Source: Asterionella formosa
Lineage: Eukaryota
Reading direction: 5' to 3'
Length of the DNA: 41,730 nt
Assembly: GCA_002256025.1 (NCBI GenBank)
Contig: NKIB01014652.1
Span: 1 to 41,730, forward strand
Within the stretch, counting starts at the first letter, position 1. Each line of letters opens with the position of its first letter. Below the pieces are notes generated by a model. That model was not told where the DNA came from. It did no database searches and saw nothing but the letters and a program-made list of their open reading frames with translations. Of this stretch, positions 11,117-21,942 are shown piece by piece. The translations under genes and the position numbers were made by a program.

Positions 11117-12082
11117 GGCGATGCTAGCAATCAAATGATCCAATCCTAGAAAATAAATTGAGTTGCTGCAGATGAAGCATCAACATATCCTAGTCTGTGA
11201 GAGAGAACGCTGGAGATTCTTCACCTTGAGGGGGGAATAAAGCCAGTTGTTGTATAAAAACGGATTTTGCGTTTGTATGCATTCTAATAACAAAATGAAT
11301 TATGATTTGTTCGCGTAATTACTATCTCATATAGATAGTCTTTGGAGCATACCGGTAGTTTATTTACGGAGCATAGTGTCCGGCGAGGTGCCTGAATGCA
11401 CCTGGTGCCAGGTACTGGAGAATTTACCGGTATGACACGGCTGATGGAGGAGACTGTCTGCAATTGTCCTTGGGTGCAATTCAAGGGAGGCGCATATTTA
11501 TGTATTCGTACATAAGAAATACATAGGTTTCCGTAATAAACGCGAGCGGTGCCGACCTCGGCGCTGCGAGACATCGAGGGATAAATACCCCCACTGGACT
11601 ACCCGCGACCTGGTACCGTAGCCAGAACTACTACCAGTACACCAGTACCCTACAATGTACATGCTTTTACCACTAGACCAGTAGTACCATTACGGTAGGA
11701 TGTTTAGTATACGTTATATAATTGTATATATGTTATCTAATAAGCGGTATCAGGGTACCCGAAAGCCAACAATTCAAAAACTGGCGGGAGCAGTGTGAAA
11801 GGAGAAATCTAAAAAATATACATGAACACTTGTCAAACCTTATTCCTGTATAATAACTACCGGGTATACATCAGACCAGATATCAATAACTTCTGCTAAC
11901 CCAGCCGCTATTCTATCAATTTATAGAAAGACCGATGTTGAGTATAGCGGTAGAAGAAGCAAAGTATCGCCATAGAAACCCCAAGTGGAATGCATTGCAA
12001 AAAATATATCTACAAACTTGAGAGAGAATTTAGTGGTTAGGTACAGCATCGCTTAGCTAAAACCTAGTCGCTGAAAGATGCG

Positions 12083-13255
12083 CTATTTCGCACATTGCTT
12101 TCCAGCAAGTTTGAACTCTTTCAATGTATCAATAAAGCTAAAGCCATACGTTCCATTTAGATCTGGCTCAACTTGACTCCCCTCCCACCATTCGTTCCAA
12201 GACGTAATGAACATCATGGTTGGCAAACTCCCATCATACCATGACGGTCGAGGCAAACAAGAGAACTCCTTAAGCTGTGTAATGAGCCCAGCCGAATCAC
12301 CAGTCAAACGCTTATGGCCTCGGAAATCGAAATATCTGGGAACAATATTGGGAAAAAATATTGTTTCATTGGACCACCGCTTGAATATAGGTAGTCCTTC
12401 GCGAAACATGAAATCTTTAGCACTCTCCCCTTCCTGCACTAAGGCATCTTCAAACATGTTGTACGTAGTGTAGCTATCAAAGACGGGCTTTCCGCCTACG
12501 ATGCCATTTCTCGCTTTTTCTGGTGATTGTTGACCTTTGATAAATGGTTCATCCGCAATGAAAAATATATTTTCACCAACTTCCTCCCTGACCTGATCCA
12601 ACATGGACGACTTAAATCCATTCCATGTCCGAGTAACGTACAAAACCACCACCGGCCGTTCATTCACACGGAAATAGGATGGATTGGAAAAATATTCACT
12701 TTTGAGGATCTTCATGTCGGCAATAAAAGCATTTATAGCAATGGTACCATTTGAAAAGTCACGGGTGGGCAATGCACCCATACTTTCATAAATAAAGCAG
12801 AACTTTATTTGTTGCAGGTTTTTCGCCTTGAGCATACCTTCGCGAAAATGAGTCGCGGTTGTGCTCGTTTGCTTTACCCACGATACTACCCACACATCAA
12901 TTCCTGCTTGTCTCGCCCAATCGTTGTGCTGTTCGGCTATTTTTGTTTCGTTGGTGCCATAAAGACCCAAAAGTGGCGTATCTTCGTGGCCATGTCGACT
13001 CCAGTCGTCTCGAACATACCAGGGGTAGTAATAGGCAAGGTAAAGTAGAGCATTGTTCGCTGTGTCGACCGAAGGATTTTGAGATGTAAATCCTACAACA
13101 ACAGGTGCGGTAATTGGAAAGAAGGATTCAAACACGGCTGGAATATTTGGTCGGAATACAATAAAACTTGTAACATTGATAAGAACAGATACGACCGCAA
13201 GCAACCAAACGAAACCCCTTTTGCCCATTGGACGTGGATCGCGATGCATCAGCAT
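12083..13255 (-). CDS. GH99-like glycosidase paralog with short stalk
   Basis: Same motifs (AYYYPWY, ITSWNEWWEGSQVEP) and N-terminal TM. The 3' half and 3' UTR are near-identical to the 9413-11116 gene. Confidence 0.87.
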   Translation of the reverse strand: MLMHRDPRPMGKRGFVWLLAVVSVLINVTSFIVFRPNIPAVFESFFPITAPVVVGFTSQNPSVDTANNALLYLAYYYPWYVRDDWSRHGHEDTPLLGLYGTNETKIAEQHNDWARQAGIDVWVVSWVKQTSTTATHFREGMLKAKNLQQIKFCFIYESMGALPTRDFSNGTIAINAFIADMKILKSEYFSNPSYFRVNERPVVVLYVTRTWNGFKSSMLDQVREEVGENIFFIADEPFIKGQQSPEKARNGIVGGKPVFDSYTTYNMFEDALVQEGESAKDFMFREGLPIFKRWSNETIFFPNIVPRYFDFRGHKRLTGDSAGLITQLKEFSCLPRPSWYDGSLPTMMFITSWNEWWEGSQVEPDLNGTYGFSFIDTLKEFKLAGKQCAK

Positions 13256-13870
13256 AGCGCGTTGTTGGTATCAATCAAATGATCCAATCGTAGAAAAAGC
13301 AAATGATTCGTCTCGCGTTTTTTGCTGGACTCGCATATATTCGTTTCTGATGTAGGTGAACTTGGGCTCTCTTCAATGAAAAGTAAAAAGTGGATATTAT
13401 GTAGTTATGATTACTACTCCTGTCAACTAATTGACAAATTATGATGCAAAACAAAAAATGAAGAAATGAAAAAACGTTGAAGAATACCGGCCGGTAGATT
13501 AATTGCCATGCGAACAAGTAAGAGCATTCAGGACCTCGTATGAGTATGTACAGTATGGTACCTGGTACCTGCTTGCTGCTTACTGCTGCCTGTCGTAGTG
13601 GTAGTACAACAATTCGACTGGGTTTGCATAGTTAGAGTTTATACCGGTATACGGGTACGGACACAGTAGTATTCATTTACCGGTAGGGGAGTGAAATTCA
13701 AACGTAAAAGAGGCAGGGCCAGCTACCACGAGGGCCCAGCAAGTTATTCACATCTTTTTAGTTCCAACTCACTCGCGATGATGAATTGAATTTGCTGACA
13801 ACAACAACGACCGCCTCGAAATTGCTGAAGGCAATACCGGTACACGTCCGAGGTGGTTTCATGAGTCCGA

Positions 13871-13992
13871 GTATACATGTGTTCGAGGCTGGATGGCGCG
13901 AGTAGTTGTTTGACCGTACGAGTGGCGCCCCCGGCGCAGCGAGAAGGTCACCCTACATACGAGTGCCATCCAAGCCGAGTACACATGCATAC
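13871..13992. other. Imperfect long hairpin, possibly a small non-autonomous element
   Basis: Nested stems catgtgt/acacatg, ggct/agcc, ggatggc/gccatcc, tgacc/ggtca and gcgcc/ggcgc, separated by purine-rich internal loops. Confidence 0.6.
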
Positions 13993-15435
13993 GAGAGGGC
14001 ATGTAGCCACCGAGAAGGGTATTATTGAGGCAATTTTCGTATCAGCTATCGTCGCGACATTCGCTTACCTACTGCCCACTCATTGAGCATAAATGTCATT
14101 TTTAACTTGCTATAGCCCATCATATAAAAATTTCAGTTTGTAGATTTCTTATCTTCACAAAAAACCTTGCCAAAGGTCCGATATTGCCCATCATCAAAAT
14201 AAATTTTGTATATTTCGTATGTTCGCATTTCGCCAAGACAACAGACGCCAATTGCCCCTCGGTTTTCCAGCCCAGGGATTGCCGAAATCGGCAAGGGGTC
14301 TACTTAAAGAAACCATTTTATATACTCTACAGATTTGAGTATAATATATTTAGTATTCCCCCCTGTGTTACAGCAATGTAAATCGATTTTGTTTGTTTCC
14401 AAAATGTGAGGGCGGAAATAGAGCTTTGACAGAGTCAATCATTGACCATCATGCCTAATCTGAAGCAAAATGTGTTCATTGATGACACTAGTAGCGACTC
14501 GTCTTCAAACGGATGCGGTTGGTTGTTGGATGACTCGTCTTCTTGTGGGATTCATGTCATGATATCATACCTACTTCGTTGCAGTGGTGCCAACATCGCT
14601 GTTCCCAATTCTATTGATCTCAAAAAGTCTCATAATTTATCATCCGATCTGTTGGATACTGACGAATCGGATGGTTGCTAATCAATAATATCGTTGAGTG
14701 GACTTTTGGGGACCAAGATTCATGTGACTGTCACGATCCACAACGGACCTGAGGAGACGCCACTGAAAAGCTACGCCTGTCTTATTCGAGCCAAAAAAGT
14801 ATCCGTTAGTGGTTCGTCGACATTTTGCACCCTTCCGGTTCTGGTCAATCGTGAGGGTATTGGATTCATCTTTAGAACCAAAAAGCACAACCCTTTGGCT
14901 GTCAAAGCAGCAACGAAGTATGACAAAATTATGACGTGGAAGGTTCCTCGTCTGGCAAAACACTTGATATCACGGCTAAATAATATGCAGATCCTTCGCT
15001 GGCTACGAAATCAAGATGCACAAGCAGGAGAACACATCATTGGTGAAGAACCACTCATTCCACCAAGATTACCAGGCACCAAATCTGTAATTCAGTAGGA
15101 CCTTGAATAAAATGGATATGTAGCAAGTAATAAGGTGACATGTTGTGGAATTTATTGCTGTGTACATCAATAAGTTTTTACATTACTGAACGAAGTGCAT
15201 TGACGGTAATCCACACAACTAATATTATCACAATGCACAAGGCTTCTGGGCGACGTTGGGTCCAGCAGATTACAAATCAATGACTTGACCATGATGATAG
15301 ACAATCGCAGTAACTAACTAGCTCTCACGAAGCTTCTGGGGCCTGTAAACAGATTTGAAGTTTGATTTATGTAACTATTCTGGTCAAGACAGGTGGCAAT
15401 GTCAGAGCCCCTCCCACATTGAGATTTCTACATTT

Positions 15436-16694
15436 CTACATCAATACACATCCTCTGCCATTCCCAAACGACCTGTTAAGTTGTTTAAGGTCAATCCATG
15501 GTCCCATTGCCTTCGTTACTGGGTTCCATTGTTTTGACTCTCGTTGGAGCAACATCTGTGTCCCAGATAGGAATCCCTTCCAGTCTGCATGAATGTTTGG
15601 AACAGACGCCATACTTTCTTCCCCAAACAAGAAAACAAAGTAATCCCTCACTTCATCCTTTGTAAGCTTTCTTTCATCCATGAGATCAAAGAGTCTATGA
15701 TGATAGCCCATTTCTCGACAACGATGTAACGGCAAGGCATAGTTGATCCACTTGTTGTACTTGTACAGTTCTTTTGCTTCTTGTAAGAAATCGTCCAAGA
15801 CTTCTAGTGACAACTCCAATTGATGGTCTAAATCGTTGTAAAAATCCACAACATCCTTTTCATCTGTACACAAGCGAATGACAACCCAAACTGGCAATCC
15901 TTCTAATGCCCGCAGTGCATTAACAAATTCATCCTTGGTATACGTCGAACAACTCCCATTTCGATCCGTTGGAAGCCCATCAGTGGCAATTATAATGGCA
16001 ACCCGCGTTCCATCTTGTCGGAGTTTTGGTGCAAGCTGCACTATATTGTCTCGAATTTCCAAAAGACGTGCCGATAGTGGCGTGACACCGGCAGGATGTG
16101 TATTGCTAATGATCGACCTGGCAATCCCTAAATCACGAGAAATATCTAGTTTGGATTCGGCAACACTAAATTGTTGATTGCCCACGCCATTACCTGGTTC
16201 ATTCAATAAACGAAAGACAGTGGGTGCATGGAGAAGGGCAGCCAATTCAGCATGATAAATGACAGTCTGTTGCATTTCTGCCCATCGTGTACAACTCACA
16301 ACCTTGACCTCACTTTTCGACAACACCATGCGACTGCCATCTGAAATGTTCATGGAGCCCGAGTTATCCACGACCTATAGAATTCAAGATGATAATGAGT
16401 CAGCAATAGTATCCGTGGAACATCCAGCAAACACCGTATCACCCTCACCCAAATTCTCAACGGCAAAGACGCCGTGTTTGTATTCATAGCTCGAGCCAAA
16501 CCAGAGGGAAAACCTTGCTCTATGAGTGCTTTAATTTCTGGATCTAGCAACTTTACCGACTTTTGAGTAGGAAGAGAGACAACGCTGCCACCTTCAGCTA
16601 CACTAAGATATGGGTCAGCATCAACCAGAGTTGCTTGCGCAACGGGGAACTTCTTCGCTCCTCCATCTCCAATAACAATTTCAGGGTCTGCCAT
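15436..16694 (-). CDS. vWA-domain protein with C-terminal CaaX; exons 16694-16449 and 16374-15436
   Basis: A GT..AG intron at 16448-16375 restores LRIWVVDNSGSM (MIDAS DxSxS). GVTPL and IIATDGLP supply the other MIDAS residues; the protein ends GRGCVLM*. Confidence 0.9.
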
Positions 16695-17546
16695 GATGAC
16701 CAAGTGACTGGTTCTTCTACGGACGTTTGTCGAACGGAAATAAAACTATGAAATCACTAGAGTAGCAGTCAACAAGCTTTTTGATTCAAGTAGATGTTTT
16801 CGCGAATCAAAACAGGTTCGTGTTGCAATTCTCAAGAGAAATCACGAGATTCGATCTGGTTGCGTTGCGTTTTGTTTTATGTGCAGGAGGAAAACGAAAG
16901 CTCAGCTCCTTCTGGTATTTGATTCGTTGCTGACAAATCCTACACCTTTTATCGTAAGGGACAACCTCTTTTGCGTGAAACGGGAATACCGGGTATAAAT
17001 AAACGAAGTACTTATACATGAAAACGAATGGAGCAAAGCAACAGTGAAACCCGAGGGATTGCTGATGCATGACTAATAAACAAAGCAAGCGATTACCGGT
17101 TTATGTAGAGAAGACATCATACATATATGTATACATATAATAAATTATTTAAAACCGATACTCCCTAAGCTCTTGTTGGTCGAGTTTACCGGTACCTGGT
17201 ACCAGGTACCAGGTGAGCGATCCCGTGCATCAACACAGATATATATAGGGTTGGAGTTATTTACTATAGGTATATCAGAACTCAATATCGAGAGAACTCG
17301 ACTAACACTTTTATTGCATACTTTGGTGTCAGTGAAAAAGCAATCGAGTTACCGGTGTATATATCAAGATTATTATTACCTAGAATTCTCAAACAGTCAA
17401 CAGATTCTACTACCGGTACTTCTAGTGGACGCGCTCTGATAATAAAAAATTATTATATCATGTGTATTACAACACAAATCGTTGTACCCATAACCCCAAA
17501 ATTTGTGTTTGTGTTAACCAAATTTGGTAAACCTGGTAAGCACCTC

Positions 17547-17820
17547 GATTCTTATTACAACAATTCTTATAACAACAACAATTCTTATAACAACAACAAC
17601 TCTTATAACAACAACAAGAACAACAAGAACAACAAGAACAAGAACAAAAACAAAAACAAGAACAAAAACAAGAACAAAAACAAGAACAAAAACAAGAACA
17701 AGAACAAAAACAAAAACAAAAACAAGAACAAGAACAAGAACAAGAACAAGAACAAAAACAAAAACAAAAACAACAACAACAACAACAACAACAACAAAAA
17801 CAACAACTACTACTACTACT
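17547..17820. repeat. Compound AAC/AAG/AAA microsatellite with (TAC)n end
   Basis: Three tcttat(t/a)acaacaa units, then mixed (AACAAG)/(AACAAA) units, then (AAC)n and (TAC)n. Confidence 0.97.
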
Positions 17821-17835
17821 TCCACTCTTAAGGAA

Positions 17836-18135
17836 TCTATACTTACTTGGTATGATGAGGAAGCTAAGGGAAACAGATCTCTGCTAGAATCCAAAAGGAA
17901 TTTGATTGCTCCAATTCTTGTGTGGGAATTCATGAGGTAACAATTTTTCCATTGGCATCTACACCTTGGACTGAGGATGAAGTGGTGACAAATTCAGGTA
18001 TTCATTGGGACCTTGATTGTTAATGATAGAATCAGGATTTGATACATGCTTGCAGGATGGCCAGAAACAGCACGCAACAATCGCATATTTGAAAATTTGT
18101 AGTTGTTCTTTCAGAAAGGCGTGTTCTTTGACGAG
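17836..18135 (+). pseudogene. PIF/Harbinger-type DDE transposase remnant
   Basis: Across frames: LTWYDEE, KEFDCSNSCVGI, TIFPLASTP, and YSLGTLIVNDRIRI*YMLAGWPETARNNRIFEN. This resembles the CVGxxDG...GWPGSxHDxRVF pattern of DDE_Tnp_4; stops and frameshifts present. Confidence 0.75.
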
Positions 18136-18259
18136 TTTCTACCTGTGTCTAACTATTCAAATTACGTTTTAATTCGTATGATCCAATGACACTTATTCTG
18201 ATTAATTTCATTTAATGAAATTAATTGGGAAAGTCACCTGTCTATTTATTGATACAACT

Positions 18260-19504
18260 TTATTCCATCTGTGTCCAATGGTCTACTCTTCGATCGTCTA
18301 CAATGATTTCGTCTCCAATAACGACACGAAGCACATTCGGATGCTTGGAGAAGTCCTTGGTGCCAGCTCCAATCCCGACACATCGAATGGTAAAGCTTGG
18401 TGCACGACCAGGAATTTTTGAATGATACGAAGCTGTCAATACCTTGAGCAGGGCTGCTGCTGTGGGAGTCACTAATTCTCCTGTTATGCCTGGTGGTCCT
18501 GGACATACTGGCATGTCCACCATTAGTCGGAGTGTCGCTGGGGCTGGAACTGGAAGGAGGCCATGAGCCGTCCACACCGTTCCTTCCCCCAACGGAAGAC
18601 GACCGCACGAGACAGTCGTAACACTTAAACAATACAGGGCCATCAAGGTTCCCACAGTGTCGACAATACTATCAATGGCTCCAACTTCGTGAAAATGAAC
18701 TTCTTCTTTGGAAGCAGCACCATGTGTCAACGCCTCTGCCTCTGCTAGTGCCGTAAAGGCACGAATAGCATTCGTCTTGACCCAGTCGGGAATATAGGAT
18801 ACCGGTGCATGTTCCAAGAGACTTTGGATTTGGGATAAGTTGCGAAGTGGGCCATTGGTGGCAGTGTGGTAATGTGCATGACCATGACTATTAGTTGACA
18901 TGTTTGCATCGTGGTCATCGCTGTGGCCGTCGTTTTCGGACACATGAGAGTGGGAATGCTTGTGCTCAATATGAGTAGAAAGAAACTCAGAATGGGAGTG
19001 CGAATGCTGGTGATGATCATTCACCTTGTTGATGTTTTGCTCATTTCCGTGTCCAAAATCATCAGAACCATCCCTGGAATGTGAGTGGTTGTGATTGTGA
19101 TGGGCGTTCTCGGGTACATGTGAATGTTCATGTTCTGTACAGCTACCATGAGAGTGTTCGTGATACTGATAGCTTTCGTGGTCGCGTTCGGTCAGGTGTG
19201 CTTTCGTTGGTACTGGCGCTGCTTGGTGGTTGTATTTGCTCATGACTGTGACATGGTTAGCTGCAATGGATCCTGTCTCGCTTCGCCACACTTGCTTTTG
19301 GCTGATGCTGAATTCTCCCTTGAGCTCCGGCATTCCCTCTTCTATGCAATGCTGTATGTAAGCAAGAAGTCTATCCGATTCTCCAGCCGAATTTAGGCAA
19401 GCAGCCAACATCATGTCACCCGCAGCTCCACTAAAGCAATCGAAATGCGCGTGAAATGATCCCTCTGGACGTTCCCAGGATGGCGACTTGGATGATGCCG
19501 TCAT
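18260..19504 (-). CDS. larC: LarC-family nickel insertase, N-terminal (LarC1) part with long His-rich linker
   Basis: HFDCFSGAAGDM, VHFHEVGAIDSIVD, TAHGLLPVPAPAT, GELVTPTAAA, GIGAGTKD..PNVLR; about 30 His in the linker. Confidence 0.9.
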   Translation of the reverse strand: MTASSKSPSWERPEGSFHAHFDCFSGAAGDMMLAACLNSAGESDRLLAYIQHCIEEGMPELKGEFSISQKQVWRSETGSIAANHVTVMSKYNHQAAPVPTKAHLTERDHESYQYHEHSHGSCTEHEHSHVPENAHHNHNHSHSRDGSDDFGHGNEQNINKVNDHHQHSHSHSEFLSTHIEHKHSHSHVSENDGHSDDHDANMSTNSHGHAHYHTATNGPLRNLSQIQSLLEHAPVSYIPDWVKTNAIRAFTALAEAEALTHGAASKEEVHFHEVGAIDSIVDTVGTLMALYCLSVTTVSCGRLPLGEGTVWTAHGLLPVPAPATLRLMVDMPVCPGPPGITGELVTPTAAALLKVLTASYHSKIPGRAPSFTIRCVGIGAGTKDFSKHPNVLRVVIGDEIIVDDRRVDHWTQME

Positions 19505-19925
19505 GGCAGCTCACCGGCGAATTGATAGTCTCTGATTACAGCAGAGAGTTGAAAGTGTTGATGAAATGCCAAGAACACTAAGAAAGCAAAAAAATGCAGT
19601 AGGATAAATAAAATGGTGACAGGTCCATACGTCGTAACTGTGTAATGATGAATTAAGATTTCGTCGACCTCTATGTACCGGTGACAAAATGATGAACTTT
19701 ACTTCTACTGTACCGGTACATAGTAAATCTGATTCGCTGACGAAGATGAACCATTTATTCGAAGTAATCAATCAACGCGCCAAACCAATGATGGTGGCCA
19801 CGAACAAAAAATAGTAACGACATTATGTAATGATGGTCGTTATGATGTGATTCGTATATATACTCTGCAATATGTTCGCGTAACTTTGAAACACTCATAA
19901 CTTTTGTTCTTTCTCGAAGTTTACA

Positions 19926-20759
19926 ATGTTCTTTGACAATTGCTTTCTCACCAGGCGCAGCAAGTATCAGCCTCCTTCTATCGTTGTCGACCCTGGCTCC
20001 TATGTGCCGCCCGGCAAGCAAACATCTTTTATTCCTGTCGAAATTGCGAACATTGATCTCTATGTCCCAGCACTCATCAATGCCGATAACGCCAATATGC
20101 AGCAAGATTCGCAAGATTTCCAAACTAACCGGCTTGGGATTCACCCACCACCATGTAGATACAACAGTCCTTTCGAGGGAATCAACCGTGTATTTATACA
20201 AACAAATGTACATATCCCTGTTAAAGACAATACATCCATCAAGGCCCCGGAAATGCCGTCTGTGTCCTTAGGACTCTTCGATACCAGCATAGACACCACT
20301 GCTACTAATCCATATTCGAGTCCAACCAAGAAAAACCAGTCAACAAGCAGAATGGCTCAAATGTCCCCAATTATCTTTGCTCCCCATGTGAAATCCACCA
20401 AGATTTTGGTCCAAGAATCTGTTGAAAGGAATATAGGATGTTGGCGCCCTCAGTTTCTTCGTGGTTTTTGTCGAACCGTAGAGGCTCCCGTGCTGCTTCG
20501 AGCCTACGATCCTAATTTTGTAGACCAAATTATAGTGAGCCAAGGCAAGCAATTTCATCGTGACAGGGGAATTTGGTTTTTGGCCATGGAACCTGATAAC
20601 GAAAACAATAGCTACGTCACGTTTCCGGATGAAAGCGCGGATGGGAGTCACATAGGCACCTACTCAAGCTTCGACAGCTTGGAAACCAAGGATTCTAGAT
20701 CTCCACTGTCCTTTCTCCGTGTCCTCGAAGAAAATTCTCGATTTGAGGGTCAAGAATAA
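19926..20759 (+). CDS. Hypothetical protein (277 aa), divergent from larC
   Basis: ATG-started long ORF, S/P-rich; no recognised domain. Confidence 0.55.
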   Translation: MFFDNCFLTRRSKYQPPSIVVDPGSYVPPGKQTSFIPVEIANIDLYVPALINADNANMQQDSQDFQTNRLGIHPPPCRYNSPFEGINRVFIQTNVHIPVKDNTSIKAPEMPSVSLGLFDTSIDTTATNPYSSPTKKNQSTSRMAQMSPIIFAPHVKSTKILVQESVERNIGCWRPQFLRGFCRTVEAPVLLRAYDPNFVDQIIVSQGKQFHRDRGIWFLAMEPDNENNSYVTFPDESADGSHIGTYSSFDSLETKDSRSPLSFLRVLEENSRFEGQE

Positions 20760-21942
20760 ATCAAAACCAGCCAAAGTTGATTCAACAGATTGAAAGAAGC
20801 CAATAAATATATATATGTATATATATATATAAGAAGTGGAAGGCTTTCACTCGTTTGGATAAGTCATTTAATACACGATGCGAGATACGCCGTGTTGGTG
20901 GATAAATGCATTCCGACAAAGACTTTCAAGGGGATCATAACAAGAATGACTGCAAGGTAGAAAGGTCTGTAAGATAACAAGGGTTTGTCTAACCAGTATA
21001 GCTGTATTCAATTGCGGTCCAATTTTTTGATTGCTGGTCAGTTGTTACCATTTGCTCGCCATGACTGCAATGCGGACCTCCCATATAAAAACATCACAAT
21101 CGAGCGTCCATTTGCTGTTTTGCAATCATTCGCCGATGCTCACCACGTGTCCTTTATCAGAATGGCTACGCCCACCGGGATTAGCAAAACAACGACCTGC
21201 TTGTCCATGTTCTTGAAGTTGTTAACGAAGGAGTTTGATGATGATTGGCAGTTGGATTTTTCATTCCAATTGTTGGAATGTATGCCTATGTATTATTTAC
21301 CCGTACATAATATTCCCACCGGTAGTACATACTATATACAGTATTGCGTCATTACTGCCAACTCGAATACTGGCGGATAAGAAAAGGCAGACGAAGTGTT
21401 AACCGGTCACTCACTGTACCAGGCACTCCGTACCAGGTAGTCAGCCTTCCGTTGTTCCTTCTTCGAAATAGAAAAATATTCCGGTTATTTAAACATCATG
21501 CACCATCTATCTCGACATACTGTACACTGTACAATACATAACGGTCGTATACTCGGTATAGTGACTCAGTTTCGGAGTGTATATATTTACCAATTAATTA
21601 ATCGAAGTAGGAAACATAAGTCATTGCGGCCATTATACTACCGGTACCAGGTAGTCACCGTATGATGAGTGACGATCCTCGATGACGAGGATCGAGAATT
21701 TAGGAAGTACTACCTGGTAGGTGCTAGGTACCAGGTAGCTAGCTACATTGGGAACCGTGCTACGTACATATGTAGCGCTTAGGTTCCCGCTTTGTTTCTT
21801 TTTGTTCCAGTCAGCGTTGTTCGTACCTGCATTTCAGGTTGACAAAAATTAGCATCGCTCTATTCCACATTGCTTTCCCAAAACGCATCGTTGTGCAGTG
21901 ACAATAACAGCAAGTACTTCCGACCCAGCTTGAAAACGGAGA

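Noticed and set aside
14442..15098. ORFs 14442-14681 and 14694-15098
   Set aside because: No recognisable motif and weak starts; could be a decayed gene but cannot be supported.
17355..17940. Poly-NK, TR, FL and VL ORFs
   Set aside because: Stop-free translations of the microsatellite.
18201..18225. 12-bp-arm palindrome downstream of larC
   Set aside because: AT-rich and single; could be chance.
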